Below, piece after piece: positions 36,437-44,793 of a stretch of 64,000 nucleotides of DNA (positions are counted from its first letter, which is position 1; each line of letters starts with the position of its first letter). Origin of the DNA: Elusimicrobiota bacterium. Lineage in GTDB: Bacteria; Elusimicrobiota; Elusimicrobia; UBA1565; JACRDR01. The stretch lies in the NCBI GenBank assembly GCA_041694815.1, contig JBGFSC010000045.1, forward strand, positions 1 through 64,000, written 5' to 3'. The notes beneath the pieces are model-generated. The model worked only from the letters and a program-made list of their open reading frames with translations, had not been told where the DNA came from and made no database searches. A program made the translations under genes and the position numbers.

Positions 36437-36696
36437 TACAATTGCCTCCTGGCTTCATCGTAAAGTGCGTCGATGAAGCGCTCATCGTCTTGGATTTTCC
36501 GTGGAACTGGCGTGCCGTCGTCGTAGGCGGCGCTCACGACGTCGAGCTCGTCCGGATCGCCGGGATCTGAAAACGCCGGATGATCGGGGTCAGAGCATCG
36601 AGGAGGCGGACGGCCCGGTCTATAGTTGACCTCGGCACAGATTCTGCGGAGCGCGCCGTCCGCGTCTTCCCAGTCAAATTCCAGGCTCAGTCTCAC
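36436..36696 (-). CDS. Hypothetical phage protein
   Basis: Coupled ORF, acidic. Confidence 0.55.
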   Translation of the reverse strand: MRLSLEFDWEDADGALRRICAEVNYRPGRPPPRCSDPDHPAFSDPGDPDELDVVSAAYDDGTPVPRKIQDDERFIDALYDEARRQL

Positions 36697-37616
36697 GGCG
36701 ATCGCACCAGGTAGTCTTTATGGACCTCTCCGTTGGCCTGCGAGCCCCGAACATGCATGGGCCACCAGTAAATGCCGTGGTTCTTGCCGAAAAGCCCTTG
36801 CTGCCGGAAATCTTTGAAATGGCCCCGGCAGATGTGCAGCGCCTTGGGACTGAGCATGGAATTGCCTCCGTTTGCGGAGCCCACGATTTTCTTGACCGGG
36901 TCGATGACCAAGGTATGCCAGCGGACCAGTGGCTCCCGGTCGCGCCGTTGCCGCGCCTGTTGCAGCCGGGCCTCCCACGCCGGCCCCTTGACCAACTCCA
37001 CTTTTTTGCAGTGCATGAAGGTCAATGCCATGAAAGGCACGGGGAGAAACCAGTACAGACCGGTGGCCTCGTTCCAATCGGCTTCCGTTGGTTCGAAGCT
37101 GAATTTGAATAACGGGTTGAAAGACAGCCTTACGCCGATGCCGCCGTCATTGAGGCTTTCGGGCACGTAATGGCCGTCTTCCGAGACAAACCAGGTGATG
37201 CTCGGCGGCATTGAGAATCCGTCATCGACGTGCAAAATGAAATTCCCGATGCACATCCAGCGGGCTTCCGGCGGAGGTTTGCGAACGGTGTCCGGCAGGA
37301 GAGTTTCCATTTCGGGGTCCCTCAGGTCGATTCCCAAGATGGAGAACCCGGCCCGGATTCGATCAGGGCCCGGGTCGTCCGGCGGGATGTCATGGAACGA
37401 CCAGCGCCTGCTGTGAGACCATTCCATCCAGAGATTGTCGAAGGGTGGGGCGATATTCGGGAAATCCCTTCGAAAATCCCAGTCTCCGGCCGGCGACTGG
37501 AAGACGTAGTCGGCGACGTTGTGTATTTTGACCGCCGTGGCGGTTCGCAGGAGTTCGAGAAACCATCCGGCGTTGGGAACGGATTTTCCGTATTCCAGCA
37601 CGTCATCGATCAGCAT
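36693..37616 (-). CDS. Phage protein with C-terminal HxxRGHF...HVRG motif
   Basis: LHICRGHFK...YWWPMHVRG...VHKDY; AAGGAG RBS before ATG 37616. Confidence 0.65.
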   Translation of the reverse strand: MLIDDVLEYGKSVPNAGWFLELLRTATAVKIHNVADYVFQSPAGDWDFRRDFPNIAPPFDNLWMEWSHSRRWSFHDIPPDDPGPDRIRAGFSILGIDLRDPEMETLLPDTVRKPPPEARWMCIGNFILHVDDGFSMPPSITWFVSEDGHYVPESLNDGGIGVRLSFNPLFKFSFEPTEADWNEATGLYWFLPVPFMALTFMHCKKVELVKGPAWEARLQQARQRRDREPLVRWHTLVIDPVKKIVGSANGGNSMLSPKALHICRGHFKDFRQQGLFGKNHGIYWWPMHVRGSQANGEVHKDYLVRSP

Positions 37617-37627
37617 AGATCGGCTCC

Positions 37628-38038
37628 TTAAAGTTTTTCGTCCACCCCCAGGAGGGTGATCCGGACGCCGATCTCGCCGTTTTGGGAATAGAGTTTCCGG
37701 CACTCAAGCCACACCACGCGCGAGTCATCGGTGAAGAACTGCGCCTGCTGCAGGGCGTCGAGTACCGCCTTGGCGTAGTTGTCCAAGTCCGGCCGCACGC
37801 AGGCCCAGACGGCGTCCTTAGCGCCTTTAGGCCGTGGGACGTAGAAGTCCAGGATTACGCGCACGGGAAAGTCGATCGGCTCCCGCGGGCGGTGCGGAAG
37901 GGCCAGCAGCCTTGCCTTCTCCTTCCACTGCTCGCAGTCCCGCGGGTTTGTAGTGACGAACTTGCCGGCCGCCCGATGCCAAAAGGTCCGCGGTCGGGCC
38001 TGGGGCACCGGACGGCCGGCGATGAAGAGCCGGATCAC
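37628..38038 (-). CDS. rusA: RusA-family Holliday junction resolvase
   Basis: PVPQARPR, RPDLDNYAKAVLDAL, FTDDSRVV. Confidence 0.9.
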   Translation of the reverse strand: MIRLFIAGRPVPQARPRTFWHRAAGKFVTTNPRDCEQWKEKARLLALPHRPREPIDFPVRVILDFYVPRPKGAKDAVWACVRPDLDNYAKAVLDALQQAQFFTDDSRVVWLECRKLYSQNGEIGVRITLLGVDEKL

Positions 38039-38460
38039 GGCTCGAAGACCGAACCTTCCATGACCGGCTCGCCGTAGGGCTCGACATCCCGAACCACGTT
38101 CCAGACATTGCCGTTGGAGTCTGGCTTCTGGTCCACATGGCCCCAGAGATATTTGCCCAGCCATCGCTGCGGCTCCACGTTGAGGGCGCCTTGATAGGGC
38201 TCGCCTATGGTCTTGAGGAAATGGATGGCGATGCCGGCGCCCTCCGAGCCCTCGGGCAGGAAGGTGACGTGGTGGAAGCGGATACGCCGCCCCTGATAGC
38301 GGCCATCCATCACCTTGAACGTAACGGTGACCTTGGGATCGGCGTTCTTGGACCGCCCTTCCGCCGCCTGCTCGATTTTGAGCAGGTACTTTCCCTTGGG
38401 CAGGGGCTCAAAGCCCCCACCCGTGGGCTTGACGTTGGTGGCGTTGTACTGGAAGCTCAT
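38035..38460 (-). CDS. DUF669-like single-stranded DNA-binding protein
   Basis: FEPLPKGKY..KIE.A...SKN...VTFKV.DG.YQGR; follows the Sak4-like ATPase. Confidence 0.75.
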   Translation of the reverse strand: MSFQYNATNVKPTGGGFEPLPKGKYLLKIEQAAEGRSKNADPKVTVTFKVMDGRYQGRRIRFHHVTFLPEGSEGAGIAIHFLKTIGEPYQGALNVEPQRWLGKYLWGHVDQKPDSNGNVWNVVRDVEPYGEPVMEGSVFEP

Positions 38461-39548
38461 TTCTTTCCTCCCATTGGGACCGTCGCGAGCTCTTTGATCC
38501 TCTGGCGGATCGCCTTAAGCCCATCACGAAGTTTTCCGATCTCCAGCTCGGCCAAGGCCGTCCACGATCTTGTCCCGAAGGCCTCGAAGACCAGGTCGGT
38601 CTTGATTTTCTTGTCCTCGGAGGATTGGCCGGGGAAGGCCGAGAGCAGCTCGCCCTGTATCTCCTCGAGGAGTACTTCTTTCTGCCGCCGCTGCTCGTAG
38701 AAGTTCTCCTCGGAGCCCTTCTCAAAGAGCTTGGTCGAGTCCTTGTCGGTGACTACGCCCACGTGCTCGCCGCCGATATTCAGGTAGTCGAACACGGGCT
38801 TGAAGTTCTCAAAGGTCGGATTGACGAAGCGTTGGCCCTCGATGCGCGAGGTCCTATCCTTGAGCACGATAGCCACGTGATCCCAGAGCTTGGCTTCGAC
38901 GGCCTTGTCCTGGTTCTCGCGCCGGTCGCGGATCATCTCGATGAGCAGAGAGGGCTCGTAGCCCATATCGGTCTCGGCCTTCATCTTGGTGCCCGTCTTT
39001 TCCAGAACCTTGGCTCCGGCTTCGTCGGTGAAATAGTCGTACTCGTAGCCGGCCCGGCCGCACATGACGATGTGGACGCGGCTGTTGAGGTAGAGGTCCG
39101 TAAAGCCGGCCCAGGTCTCCTTGAGCGGCCCCCAGTCTTGGAACAGAAGCCGCTTGCGGTTGTTGGCCTTCATGTAGGCCCGCTGCAGCTCGGTCCAGAA
39201 GTGCGAGATGCTGTCGATGATGAGCACCCCAGCGTTTCCCTCCGCGGCCTTGACCCCATCGACTAGATCGGTGAAGGCCCGGCTCTTGGAGACATAGAAT
39301 GGGATGTCCCACTCCTTGAACTTGGGGACCAGGAAGTCCGAGCCCGTCTCGGTGTCCAGGAAGAACACCGGTTTCTTGGCCTTGAGCCTCTCTACGATGC
39401 CCTTGGCCATCAGGGCTGCGGTGTAGGTTTTGCCTGCGCCGGCGAATCCGAGGAGGCCTGCTTTGAGATAGGCCTGTTGGTTGACCGCCTCCTGGAACGG
39501 CCCGAAGGCGACCGGCGGCTTGCTTGCTCCGTTATTTGTCGTTTCCAT
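38457..39548 (-). CDS. Sak4-like AAA ATPase (phage recombination)
   Basis: GFAGAGKTYTA, LDTE, LIIDSISHFW, KDRT. Confidence 0.8.
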   Translation of the reverse strand: METTNNGASKPPVAFGPFQEAVNQQAYLKAGLLGFAGAGKTYTAALMAKGIVERLKAKKPVFFLDTETGSDFLVPKFKEWDIPFYVSKSRAFTDLVDGVKAAEGNAGVLIIDSISHFWTELQRAYMKANNRKRLLFQDWGPLKETWAGFTDLYLNSRVHIVMCGRAGYEYDYFTDEAGAKVLEKTGTKMKAETDMGYEPSLLIEMIRDRRENQDKAVEAKLWDHVAIVLKDRTSRIEGQRFVNPTFENFKPVFDYLNIGGEHVGVVTDKDSTKLFEKGSEENFYEQRRQKEVLLEEIQGELLSAFPGQSSEDKKIKTDLVFEAFGTRSWTALAELEIGKLRDGLKAIRQRIKELATVPMGGKK

Positions 39549-39705
39549 TTTTCTCTCCTGTTGGTTTGGGTGATTCTTCGGCCAACAAATCCTTGAGCTG
39601 ATCGCTTTCGGCCAGGTGCAAGAACCCGGCGGCCAAGACCTCGGCTAAAGCGTCCATGCGCTGCTCCGGCGTCATGTCCTTGGGATCGGCGAATGGGGGA
39701 ATCAT
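39532..39705 (-). CDS. 57-aa hypothetical protein (not in ORF track)
   Basis: MIPPFADPKDMTPEQRMDALAEVLAAGFLHLAESDQLKDLL...; ATG directly after sigma-promoter copy 1. Confidence 0.65.
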   Translation of the reverse strand: MIPPFADPKDMTPEQRMDALAEVLAAGFLHLAESDQLKDLLAEESPKPTGEKNGNDK

Positions 39706-39747
39706 GCTCTCACCAATGGAGAGCCCCGCGCTGTCAAAAGTGGCGAA
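39706..39747 (-). promoter_or_regulatory. Candidate phage-sigma promoter, copy 1 (replication operon)
   Basis: TTCGCCACTTTTGACAGCGCGGGGCTCTCCATTGGTGAGAGC-ATG. Confidence 0.75.
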
Positions 39748-39750
39748 ACC

Positions 39751-40269
39751 CTAGTCGAGCAAGCCCTTGGATTCCAAGAGCCTCTTGAGCTTTTGCACGT
39801 GGTAATCGACGGTCTTTCTCGGCCGCCCGAGACGGCGCGCGGTCTTGGCCACGTCGCCTTCCTCTAAAAGGAGATCCCAGAGGCTCTTTTGCTCCTCGCT
39901 GAGTTCCTGGTAAATCTCAAGCAGCCTCTCTTGGAGATCACCCTCCTCGCGATCCGATTCTGAAAGCAGCTCTTCAAGTCGGATCTCGCCCTCTTTACCC
40001 TCGGTCATGCCGCGCTCGAGGGAAACGAGCACTTCCCGCCGGCGTGACCACACCGCGATCCGCCTCTCCGCCTTGCGCAGCAGCGATAAGGCGAGATAGG
40101 TCTTCCAATCCTTGATCGCATTCGTTTTCTTGCTCTTGATCTTGAGCAGGTGAGCGCAGAGCTCCGACTCGAGATCATCCGGATCTGCTTGGCGTGCGAA
40201 TTTCTTCACTACGTTGCGGACCAACTCCATCTCCCAGACTTCGATTTCCGGCGTGCAACGTTCGTCCAT
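39751..40269 (-). CDS. ECF-like sigma factor / sigma-region-4 regulator
   Basis: DPDDLESEL...WKTYL (region 2); LSEEQKSLW...VAKTARRLGRPRKTVDYHVQKLK (region 4 HTH). Confidence 0.75.
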   Translation of the reverse strand: MDERCTPEIEVWEMELVRNVVKKFARQADPDDLESELCAHLLKIKSKKTNAIKDWKTYLALSLLRKAERRIAVWSRRREVLVSLERGMTEGKEGEIRLEELLSESDREEGDLQERLLEIYQELSEEQKSLWDLLLEEGDVAKTARRLGRPRKTVDYHVQKLKRLLESKGLLD

Positions 40270-40312
40270 GGCGGCCTCCTCGGCCGACCACGGACAGGCG
40301 TTTTCTGGGCAT

Positions 40313-40431
40313 AAAAAAAGAGGCCGCTCGGCCCGGTGTTAACCGGAACCGAACGGCCTCTCGTGGCTCAGCGCGTCTCTAGGACGCCCTGCCCGTAGTC
40401 AGCCTACTGTTGAATTATGAATTACGGGCAG
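40313..40431 (-). terminator. Three-hairpin leader ending in a strong intrinsic terminator, upstream of the sigma gene
   Basis: Stems at 40389-40431 (CTGCCCGTA..TACGGGCAG), 40373-40387 (GCGTC..GACGC) and 40320-40360 (GAGGCCGTTCGGTTCCGGT..ACCGGGCCGAGCGGCCTC) followed by T7. Confidence 0.8.
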
Positions 40432-40457
40432 TTTGTCCCTATCACTGGCGTTGAGCT

Positions 40458-40910
40458 CTACTTTTCCTCTTCGAAAGGAAGCAGCGCGTTGGGCGGCCTC
40501 TCGTTGTTTGAGTCAGCCACCATCGACGCCGAATACTTCGGAAGAGAAGCTATGTCCTTCAAAACGTAAACCTTGCAGACGCCCTTGAAGGCGTTGGGCG
40601 CGGAGCGGCTTAAGCGCGAATGGTCCCAAGAAATCGGCACGCCGTCTTGAACCTTGATCTCGTGGATAATACCCTGCGGAAAGGACTCGTCTAAGAAATC
40701 GCGGAACTCAAGCCACGGCGCCGGCAGATTTTGCCACTCGAAATAAACAGGCTGCGAGATCTCGGCGCCGCGCTTGATGTTGCGCGACCAGTCATTGCAG
40801 AAAAGCGGGGTGCGCTGGAAAATGGTCGTGTCCCTCACTACGCCGAAGCCCACGTCCTGGCAGAAGTGGATGTAGGACAGAAATAGCCTTCTCTTTTGCT
40901 CGACGTCCAT
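40458..40910 (-). CDS. Hypothetical protein, possible tandem DUF2292-like domains
   Basis: FCQDVGFGVVRDTTIFQRTP and FLDESFPQGIIHEIKVQDGVP. Confidence 0.6.
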   Translation of the reverse strand: MDVEQKRRLFLSYIHFCQDVGFGVVRDTTIFQRTPLFCNDWSRNIKRGAEISQPVYFEWQNLPAPWLEFRDFLDESFPQGIIHEIKVQDGVPISWDHSRLSRSAPNAFKGVCKVYVLKDIASLPKYSASMVADSNNERPPNALLPFEEEK

Positions 40911-40926
40911 CGCGGCGACCCCTGCG

Positions 40927-41571
40927 TCACTCGAAATCTTTAAGAACCTTGATGACCCTGCCTAAAATACGGAAGTCCTTGATCTTTTCCCTGGGAACCC
41001 GGATATCCGAGAACTTGGGATTGGCGGCCTCGAGCACGATCTCGCTCCTTTCCTGCCGGAACCGCTTGAGCGTCCAGTCGCCGTCAACGACGGCAATCAC
41101 GAGTTGCCCGCTCTCAGCGGTCTCCTGAGGTCGGACCAAGACCCAGTCGCCGAGGTTGATACCAGCCCCGGTCATACTTTCACCCCTGACCCGGATCACG
41201 AAAAGCTCCTCATCCCGCCGGGACTTGAAAAATCGCCGGTCGATCACGGCCGTGCCTTCCACGAGCTCCGGCATGGGTCTTAGCGGGCCCGCAGGAACAC
41301 CGGAGGGCAACTCACGGAGCAGGAAGGTATTCGGCGAAACAGGGCTCTCGTCAAAAGGGTTCACGAGAATGGACAGCCCGCGGAAGCGCCCCGTGATCTT
41401 GAGAAACCCTTTCCGCGACAACTCCTTGAGCTGGTAGGCGATGGCGCCGGTCGAGGCCAGGCGCGCGCCGGCCATGATCTCGCGGACCGCCGGCGTGCGC
41501 CCTTCGCGGCGGACATAGTTGACAATGAAACGCAGGATCGCGGCCTGGCGCTCGCTTAGAGTCTCATCCAT
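40927..41571 (-). CDS. lexA: LexA-type repressor (winged HTH + S24 peptidase)
   Basis: LSERQAAILRFI...PAVREI...LSRKGFL; cleavage site VPAG; catalytic GESM and TLKRF. Confidence 0.9.
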   Translation of the reverse strand: MDETLSERQAAILRFIVNYVRREGRTPAVREIMAGARLASTGAIAYQLKELSRKGFLKITGRFRGLSILVNPFDESPVSPNTFLLRELPSGVPAGPLRPMPELVEGTAVIDRRFFKSRRDEELFVIRVRGESMTGAGINLGDWVLVRPQETAESGQLVIAVVDGDWTLKRFRQERSEIVLEAANPKFSDIRVPREKIKDFRILGRVIKVLKDFE

Positions 41572-41758
41572 TGACTTCGTCCAGGGTGTAACGACGCATC
41601 TGGACCCCCCCTGAAGTCGGGTGCACGAATCTCAGATTGATGTGCTTGGGAACGGCGGGCTGATTGCCGGGTTCGGTCACCAGCTCCAGGTTTAGCTCAA
41701 GCTTCTCTTGGCAGCAGGGACAGGTCGTCGTTTCCGGGCTTTGGTTGGTTTCAGGCAT
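41564..41758 (-). CDS. 64-aa hypothetical protein (CPCC)
   Basis: AAGGAGG RBS; overlaps the lexA start. Confidence 0.65.
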   Translation of the reverse strand: MPETNQSPETTTCPCCQEKLELNLELVTEPGNQPAVPKHINLRFVHPTSGGVQMRRYTLDEVNG

Positions 41759-41775
41759 GGCGGCCTCCTTTTGAA

Positions 41776-41812
41776 TTAGGACAAGTTAGGACATTTAGGC
41801 TTCAGCTGTCAA
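41776..41812 (-). promoter_or_regulatory. sigma70-type promoter of the lexA operon with overlapping direct repeats
   Basis: TTGACA(41812-41807)-18-TAACTT(41788-41783); plus-strand TTAGGACA at 41776 and 41786, TTAGGC at 41795. Confidence 0.6.
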
Positions 41813-41834
41813 ATTCCTCGTCGGAACACCTCGA

Positions 41835-41877
41835 TTCGCCACTTTTTGACCTTAGGGGCTCTCCATTGGTGGAGGGC
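41835..41877 (+). promoter_or_regulatory. Candidate phage-sigma promoter, copy 2 (operon toward integrase)
   Basis: TTCGCCACTTTTTGACCTTAGGGGCTCTCCATTGGTGGAGGGC-ATG. Confidence 0.75.
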
Positions 41878-42180
41878 ATGATGCGAAACGCGATACCCGG
41901 CGGTTTCCTGTACCGCTTCACCGTCTTGACGCCGAGATCCGAAGGGTTGCTCCGGTCTCTTTTGAAGTTGGCGTTGGCCGAGACCGAGGTGGTCTTTGGC
42001 AAGACCAAGGTCAAGCTTGAGACCGCTTACGACTTTTCAGCCAAGGGGCCGGTCTGCACCGTCGAGGGCGGCACCGACTGCGGCGAGCACCTCGCCAAAT
42101 TGCTCACCGGCTTCCTGATCAAGAAGTTCGGTGAGGATGGGTTTCAGGTCGAGAGGCTCTCCCGGCGGGGACAGGGTTGA
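41878..42180 (+). CDS. Conserved-looking hypothetical protein (candidate recombination directionality factor)
   Basis: 100 aa, GGAGG RBS, first gene of the operon upstream of the integrase. Confidence 0.6.
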   Translation: MMRNAIPGGFLYRFTVLTPRSEGLLRSLLKLALAETEVVFGKTKVKLETAYDFSAKGPVCTVEGGTDCGEHLAKLLTGFLIKKFGEDGFQVERLSRRGQG

Positions 42181-42695
42181 TGACGGCGCGGCCCGAGACC
42201 TGTCCGACCTGTGGCCATAGGATCAAGGTAGGCGTCAAGACCTTCGAGGGCTTCATGGCTCATCTCTTTATCGTCGCGGTCAAGCTGTCCAAGGATGCCG
42301 AAGTCGAGTGGCGTGCGGATCGGGCCGACGCCAAAAGCCGGGTCAAGAAGGCGTTTCTCCGCGACGTCGTGTTCTCGAAGGATGTGCGCGATGCCGGTTA
42401 TGCCACCCGCTACGCGCGGCTCGGCGATCTCAAGTATTGGGGCTTGTTGCGCCAAGATCCGGAGCATTGGCATCAGGGTATCTATCAGCTCACCGACCTG
42501 GCTATGGATTTTCTCTCGGGTCTGGCGACTGTCCCGAAGCGATTGAAAGTGACCGGCGGCAAGGTGCTCGAGGTGTCTGAGGAACAAATCGATCTTCGCT
42601 CGGCATTGGGCGGGAAATGGAATGAGATCGCGGACTGGATTACGGATTGGCGGCGCCGGCACGTGGAGGAGGGCGGGCAGGGGATGCTGTTTTGA
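42180..42695 (+). CDS. Hypothetical Zn-ribbon/winged-helix-like phage protein
   Basis: CPTCG; LKYWGLL...GIYQLTDLAMDFL. Confidence 0.65.
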   Translation: MTARPETCPTCGHRIKVGVKTFEGFMAHLFIVAVKLSKDAEVEWRADRADAKSRVKKAFLRDVVFSKDVRDAGYATRYARLGDLKYWGLLRQDPEHWHQGIYQLTDLAMDFLSGLATVPKRLKVTGGKVLEVSEEQIDLRSALGGKWNEIADWITDWRRRHVEEGGQGMLF

Positions 42696-42776
42696 CTCGG
42701 GCGCAGGGCCGATTTGATTCGCAAAATCGCTTGATTCCCGTCGGAACACCGTATATCGTTCCTTCAAGAGGATAGA

Positions 42777-44495
42777 ATGGCGCCGAGCGTTATTACCGAA
42801 GAGAAGAACAAGATCGTTCAGATCGCCGTCTATACCCGCAAGTCAAACGACGAAAATTTGGCGGGCGAGGTGACCTCGCTGGATAGCCAGAAGGGAGCCT
42901 GCCGAGCGTACATCGCCATTCAAAAGGAAAAGGGCTGGCGGGAGTACACCGAGGCCTTCGACGACCCCAACGAGTCCGGCAAGAGTTTGAACCGTCCCGC
43001 CATGCGCCGGCTGCTTAATGCGGTGGAGGAGGACAAGATCCAGGGCGTGATCGTCTATAAGCTGGATCGGCTCACGCGCAACAGCCGGGATTTCCACCAG
43101 CTGCTCGAGCTTTTCGAGAAGCACAACGTCGCCTTTGTCTCGGCCACGGAATCCATCGATACCAAGAGCCCGCAGGGACGCCTGATGACGGCGATCATGG
43201 TCCAGTTTGCCCAGTACGACAGGGAAATGGACGTGGAGAGATCCAAAGACTTCCACCTGGCCCGGGCGCGCAAGGGGCTGTGGTCGGCGGGGCTGCCACC
43301 TTTGGGCTACGATTTCAAGGACAAGCAATTGGTCGTCAACCAGGAAGAAGCTGCGCTGGTGCGCAGAATCTTCGACCTCTACCTCGAGCGCCGCTCCGTG
43401 CTGCGCGTAGCCGAAGAGCTCAACCGCCTTGGGTTTCGGCGCAAGAGCTACAAGCTCAAGGATGGGAGACTGGTCGGGGGAAAGCCCTTTGACATCAACA
43501 GCGTCATCCGCATCCTGCAGCGCAAGGTCTATATCGGCATCATCACCAACGAGCGCACCAAGCAGGAGTTTTCGGGACAGCACCAGCCCATCATCGACCC
43601 CGCCGTCTTCGAAAAAGCCCAGGAGATTCTTAAGTCGCATGCACGGCGGGAGGGGCAGATCACCTACGCGACCAATAGGCACGGCTTCCGGCTCAAAGGT
43701 CTGACACGCTGCGGGGAGTGCGGCAGCTCGGTGGCGAGCGTGGCCCGGCCCCGAGGCGACAAGAAGGTCTACCTCTACTACAAGTGTCTGGCCAAGCAGA
43801 ACGGGCTTCCTGTTGGTTGCGTCTTCACCAGCATCGGCGCGCAGAAGCTCGAGGAGTACGTGATCGAGAAGCTTGCGGCTGTAGGCTGGGACCGGCCGCT
43901 TCTGGAGAGGGTGGTCCGGAAAGTCAACGAGCTATCCCGCGGACGGGTCGCCCCGCTTGAGGAAGAGAAGCGCCAACTTTCAGGCAGGCTCCAAGGACTG
44001 CGCGGGGAGATCGGCAACCTGATCGGCCTGGCCAAGGCCCAGGGGGCGAACCAGGAGCTGACGCAGGAGCTGGGCCGGCTGGACGAGGCCAAGAGGACCC
44101 TGGAGGCGCGGCTGCACGAGATCGAGGCCGAGATCGGGCGCGGCCGGCAGGTTGTCTACGACGCGGACGTGATCCAGGGCGCCCTCCAGCGCTTCGCCCG
44201 GTTCATCTACAAGCTGCCGATCGAGCGTCAGGTCCAGACGATCCAGCTTTTGGTGCAGCAGGTGACGCTTTTCAAGGACCGGGTCCGGGTAGAGCTCCAC
44301 GAGCTGCCGATCCCGGACCTCCAGAGGGCCCTGGATGCCAGGATCGCGCAGCGTGGGATTCTGGAGCGAAAATTTCCAATCCCGCGGTGCTCAAACGGCG
44401 GGAGCAAAATACCACATGCCGAGCGAACAGGCGTTGTGGAATTGGATAAAGAGTGGCGGGGTCGACGGGATTTGAACCCGCGGTCTCCGCCTTGA
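42777..44495 (+). CDS. Large serine recombinase (integrase)
   Basis: YTRKS, SGKSLNRP, KLDRLTR, PPLGY, YIG, H.PII, Zn ribbon CGECG...YYKC, coiled coil. Confidence 0.95.
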   Translation: MAPSVITEEKNKIVQIAVYTRKSNDENLAGEVTSLDSQKGACRAYIAIQKEKGWREYTEAFDDPNESGKSLNRPAMRRLLNAVEEDKIQGVIVYKLDRLTRNSRDFHQLLELFEKHNVAFVSATESIDTKSPQGRLMTAIMVQFAQYDREMDVERSKDFHLARARKGLWSAGLPPLGYDFKDKQLVVNQEEAALVRRIFDLYLERRSVLRVAEELNRLGFRRKSYKLKDGRLVGGKPFDINSVIRILQRKVYIGIITNERTKQEFSGQHQPIIDPAVFEKAQEILKSHARREGQITYATNRHGFRLKGLTRCGECGSSVASVARPRGDKKVYLYYKCLAKQNGLPVGCVFTSIGAQKLEEYVIEKLAAVGWDRPLLERVVRKVNELSRGRVAPLEEEKRQLSGRLQGLRGEIGNLIGLAKAQGANQELTQELGRLDEAKRTLEARLHEIEAEIGRGRQVVYDADVIQGALQRFARFIYKLPIERQVQTIQLLVQQVTLFKDRVRVELHELPIPDLQRALDARIAQRGILERKFPIPRCSNGGSKIPHAERTGVVELDKEWRGRRDLNPRSPP

Positions 44496-44532
44496 CAGGG
44501 CGGCGTGTTGGGCCAGGCTACACCACGACCCC
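44454..44532 (-). tRNA. tRNA-Asp(GTC), CCA encoded
   Basis: GGGGTCG...CCGCC-CTGTCAA-GGCGG...GGTTCAAATCC...CGACCCCGCCA cloverleaf. Confidence 0.97.
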
Positions 44533-44636
44533 AGAGGGGACCCTCAGTATATCACTTTCCCGGCGTCACTTAAAAGTGACCGCGCTTCCCCGAGGCTGAA
44601 TGCTATGATGGGCTTCCCGAAAGAAAGGAGGCCAAA

Positions 44637-44789
44637 ATGAATTCGATGCGTCAAAAACGCGCCGCGCGCAGGAACATCAAGAAGGCCGCCGCAGCCGCCC
44701 GCAGGAAGCGTACCATCGCCCATCTTCCCAGGCGCACCCGCCGCGCCTTGGGCAAGGAAGCCGCCAAGGCCGCGGCGCGCTCCCGGTAG
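44637..44789 (+). CDS. 50-aa basic Arg/Lys/Ala-rich protein (not in ORF track)
   Basis: MNSMRQKRAARRNIKKAAAAARRKRTIAHLPRRTRRALGKEAAKAAARSR; AAGGAGG RBS. Confidence 0.75.
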   Translation: MNSMRQKRAARRNIKKAAAAARRKRTIAHLPRRTRRALGKEAAKAAARSR

Positions 44790-44793
44790 GGCC

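Larger units (their letters stand above)
8076..44495. mobile_element. Prophage (siphovirus-like, HK97-type head) with large serine integrase, adjacent to tRNA-Asp; left boundary uncertain
   Basis: Contiguous integrase, LexA, replication, terminase, portal, protease, capsid, tail, tape measure and lysis genes, mostly translationally coupled. No obvious frameshifts. Confidence 0.93.
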
